This document shows, one piece after another, positions 63,310 through 64,000 of a stretch of DNA of 64,000 nt. Positions within the stretch are counted from its first letter, which is position 1. Every line of letters starts with the position of its first letter. Source of the DNA: Sedimenticola sp. (GTDB lineage Bacteria; Pseudomonadota; Gammaproteobacteria; Chromatiales; Chromatiaceae); the NCBI GenBank assembly GCA_040505915.1, contig JBEVXV010000863.1, positions 12,156 to 76,155 of the forward strand. The letters are read 5' to 3'. The notes beneath the pieces are model-generated. The model was not told the origin of the DNA and searched no databases. It saw only the letters and a list, made by a program, of their open reading frames with translations. Position numbers and translations under genes: made by a program.

Positions 63310-63756
63310 ATGCTCACCCGTACACTGCTAACACTCTGTATCGTCACGCTTTTCCAGCTGACTACGGCTGAAGCAAAAAACTACTACCACTGGGTGGATA
63401 AAGAGGGCAACCCGGTCTACTCAGAGATCCCTCCAGAGATCGGAGTCGATGCAGAGATGAGAAAACTCGCTCCCTCTGCCCCTCCACAGCAGTCACCCGC
63501 AGTAAAAAAAGTACCTGATAACGCGGGCAAAAGAAGTGCCGCCGCAGATGAGAAGAAGAAGAGAGCCGAGGTAGAGGAGATATTGCAAAAAAACTGTGCT
63601 GCGGCCAGACATAATCTCTTGCTATTCCAGAACTCACAAACAAAACTGATAAAGAATAGAGACGGCAGCTACGACAAAGTGACCGAAGAGATGCGGCAAG
63701 CGCAGACCAAAGAAGCGGAAAAACAGATTAAGGAGTTCTGTAAAACGCCTGAATAG
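63310..63756 (+). CDS. DUF4124-type secreted protein
   Basis: Signal peptide, YHWVDKEGNPVYSEIPP, NCAAAR, C-terminal FC. Confidence 0.8.
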   Translation: MLTRTLLTLCIVTLFQLTTAEAKNYYHWVDKEGNPVYSEIPPEIGVDAEMRKLAPSAPPQQSPAVKKVPDNAGKRSAAADEKKKRAEVEEILQKNCAAARHNLLLFQNSQTKLIKNRDGSYDKVTEEMRQAQTKEAEKQIKEFCKTPE

Positions 63757-63762
63757 TGGGTG

Positions 63763-63836
63763 TCTAGGAGCCCAAGGGGCAATGATTTTTGCTGAGTCTG
63801 TGCGACGTTCATCGCGGCGAGGGCGCCGCTCCTACA
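63763..63836. repeat. GTAG-type REP doublet (degenerate left half)
   Basis: TCTAGGAGCCC...TTCATCGCGGCGAGGGCGCCGCTCCTACA; homologous to 29277-29355. Confidence 0.7.
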
Positions 63837-63845
63837 CAAAACCCA

Positions 63846-64000
63846 TCAACCCGCGTTCGCCCGCCGAACCGCCTCTGTAAACGCCTTGCCATCCTCGCTG
63901 CCAAGATAGCGAGAGGCCGCTTCAACAATTTCCGCTTCATACCGACCCGGGTGCTCCTGCAGCACGTTCACCGCCTCTTCAGCTTCAATAGAATTGCGGT
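63846..64000 (-). CDS. 3' end of a gene entering from outside the window (possibly an HD-domain C-terminus)
   Basis: Open frame RNSIEAEEAVNVLQEHPGRYEAEIVEAA...ANAG*. Confidence 0.45.
   Translation of the reverse strand, partial: RNSIEAEEAVNVLQEHPGRYEAEIVEAASRYLGSEDGKAFTEAVRRANAG

Overview
64 kb of a gammaproteobacterial chromosome. The gene order ilvIHC-pssA-leuA-udg-rimI-prfC and the flg/fli layout suggest a Chromatiales/Sedimenticola-like lineage; this is an inference only. 1-22.9 kb is a minus-strand flagellin-glycosylation island: pseB/C/F/G/I with no recognisable pseH, an ATP-grasp ligase and aldehyde dehydrogenase in its place, three related radical-SAM enzymes, a split transketolase/GmhA/kinase/HAD/inverted-HldE sugar cassette, and methyl-, acetyl- and aminotransferases. 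Long poly-G tracts lie in pseI and in one radical-SAM gene. 23-25.4 kb holds a decayed maf pseudogene and an intact maf. 25.5-43.3 kb holds the flagellar genes (fliT/S/D, flaG, a very short fliC, flgL-B, cheR, flgA/M/N). After these come an arsS plus two-glycosyltransferase cluster, tRNA-Arg(CCT), a Na/Pi transporter, class I fumarase, bolA, prfC, an inserted XRE-HipA module, rimI, UDG, leuA, pssA and ilvC/H/I. Intergenic DNA is full of small non-autonomous elements and no transposase gene is present. The main family is a MITE with GTAACTATTCAG termini and 8-bp target duplications that carries interchangeable hairpin cargo (GGGGTCGGAGTCGA palindromes or GTAG REP doublets). There is also a three-level nested element upstream of fliC and a TTAA-flanked MITE on the cheR start codon. 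All calls come from motif reading; no database search was run.
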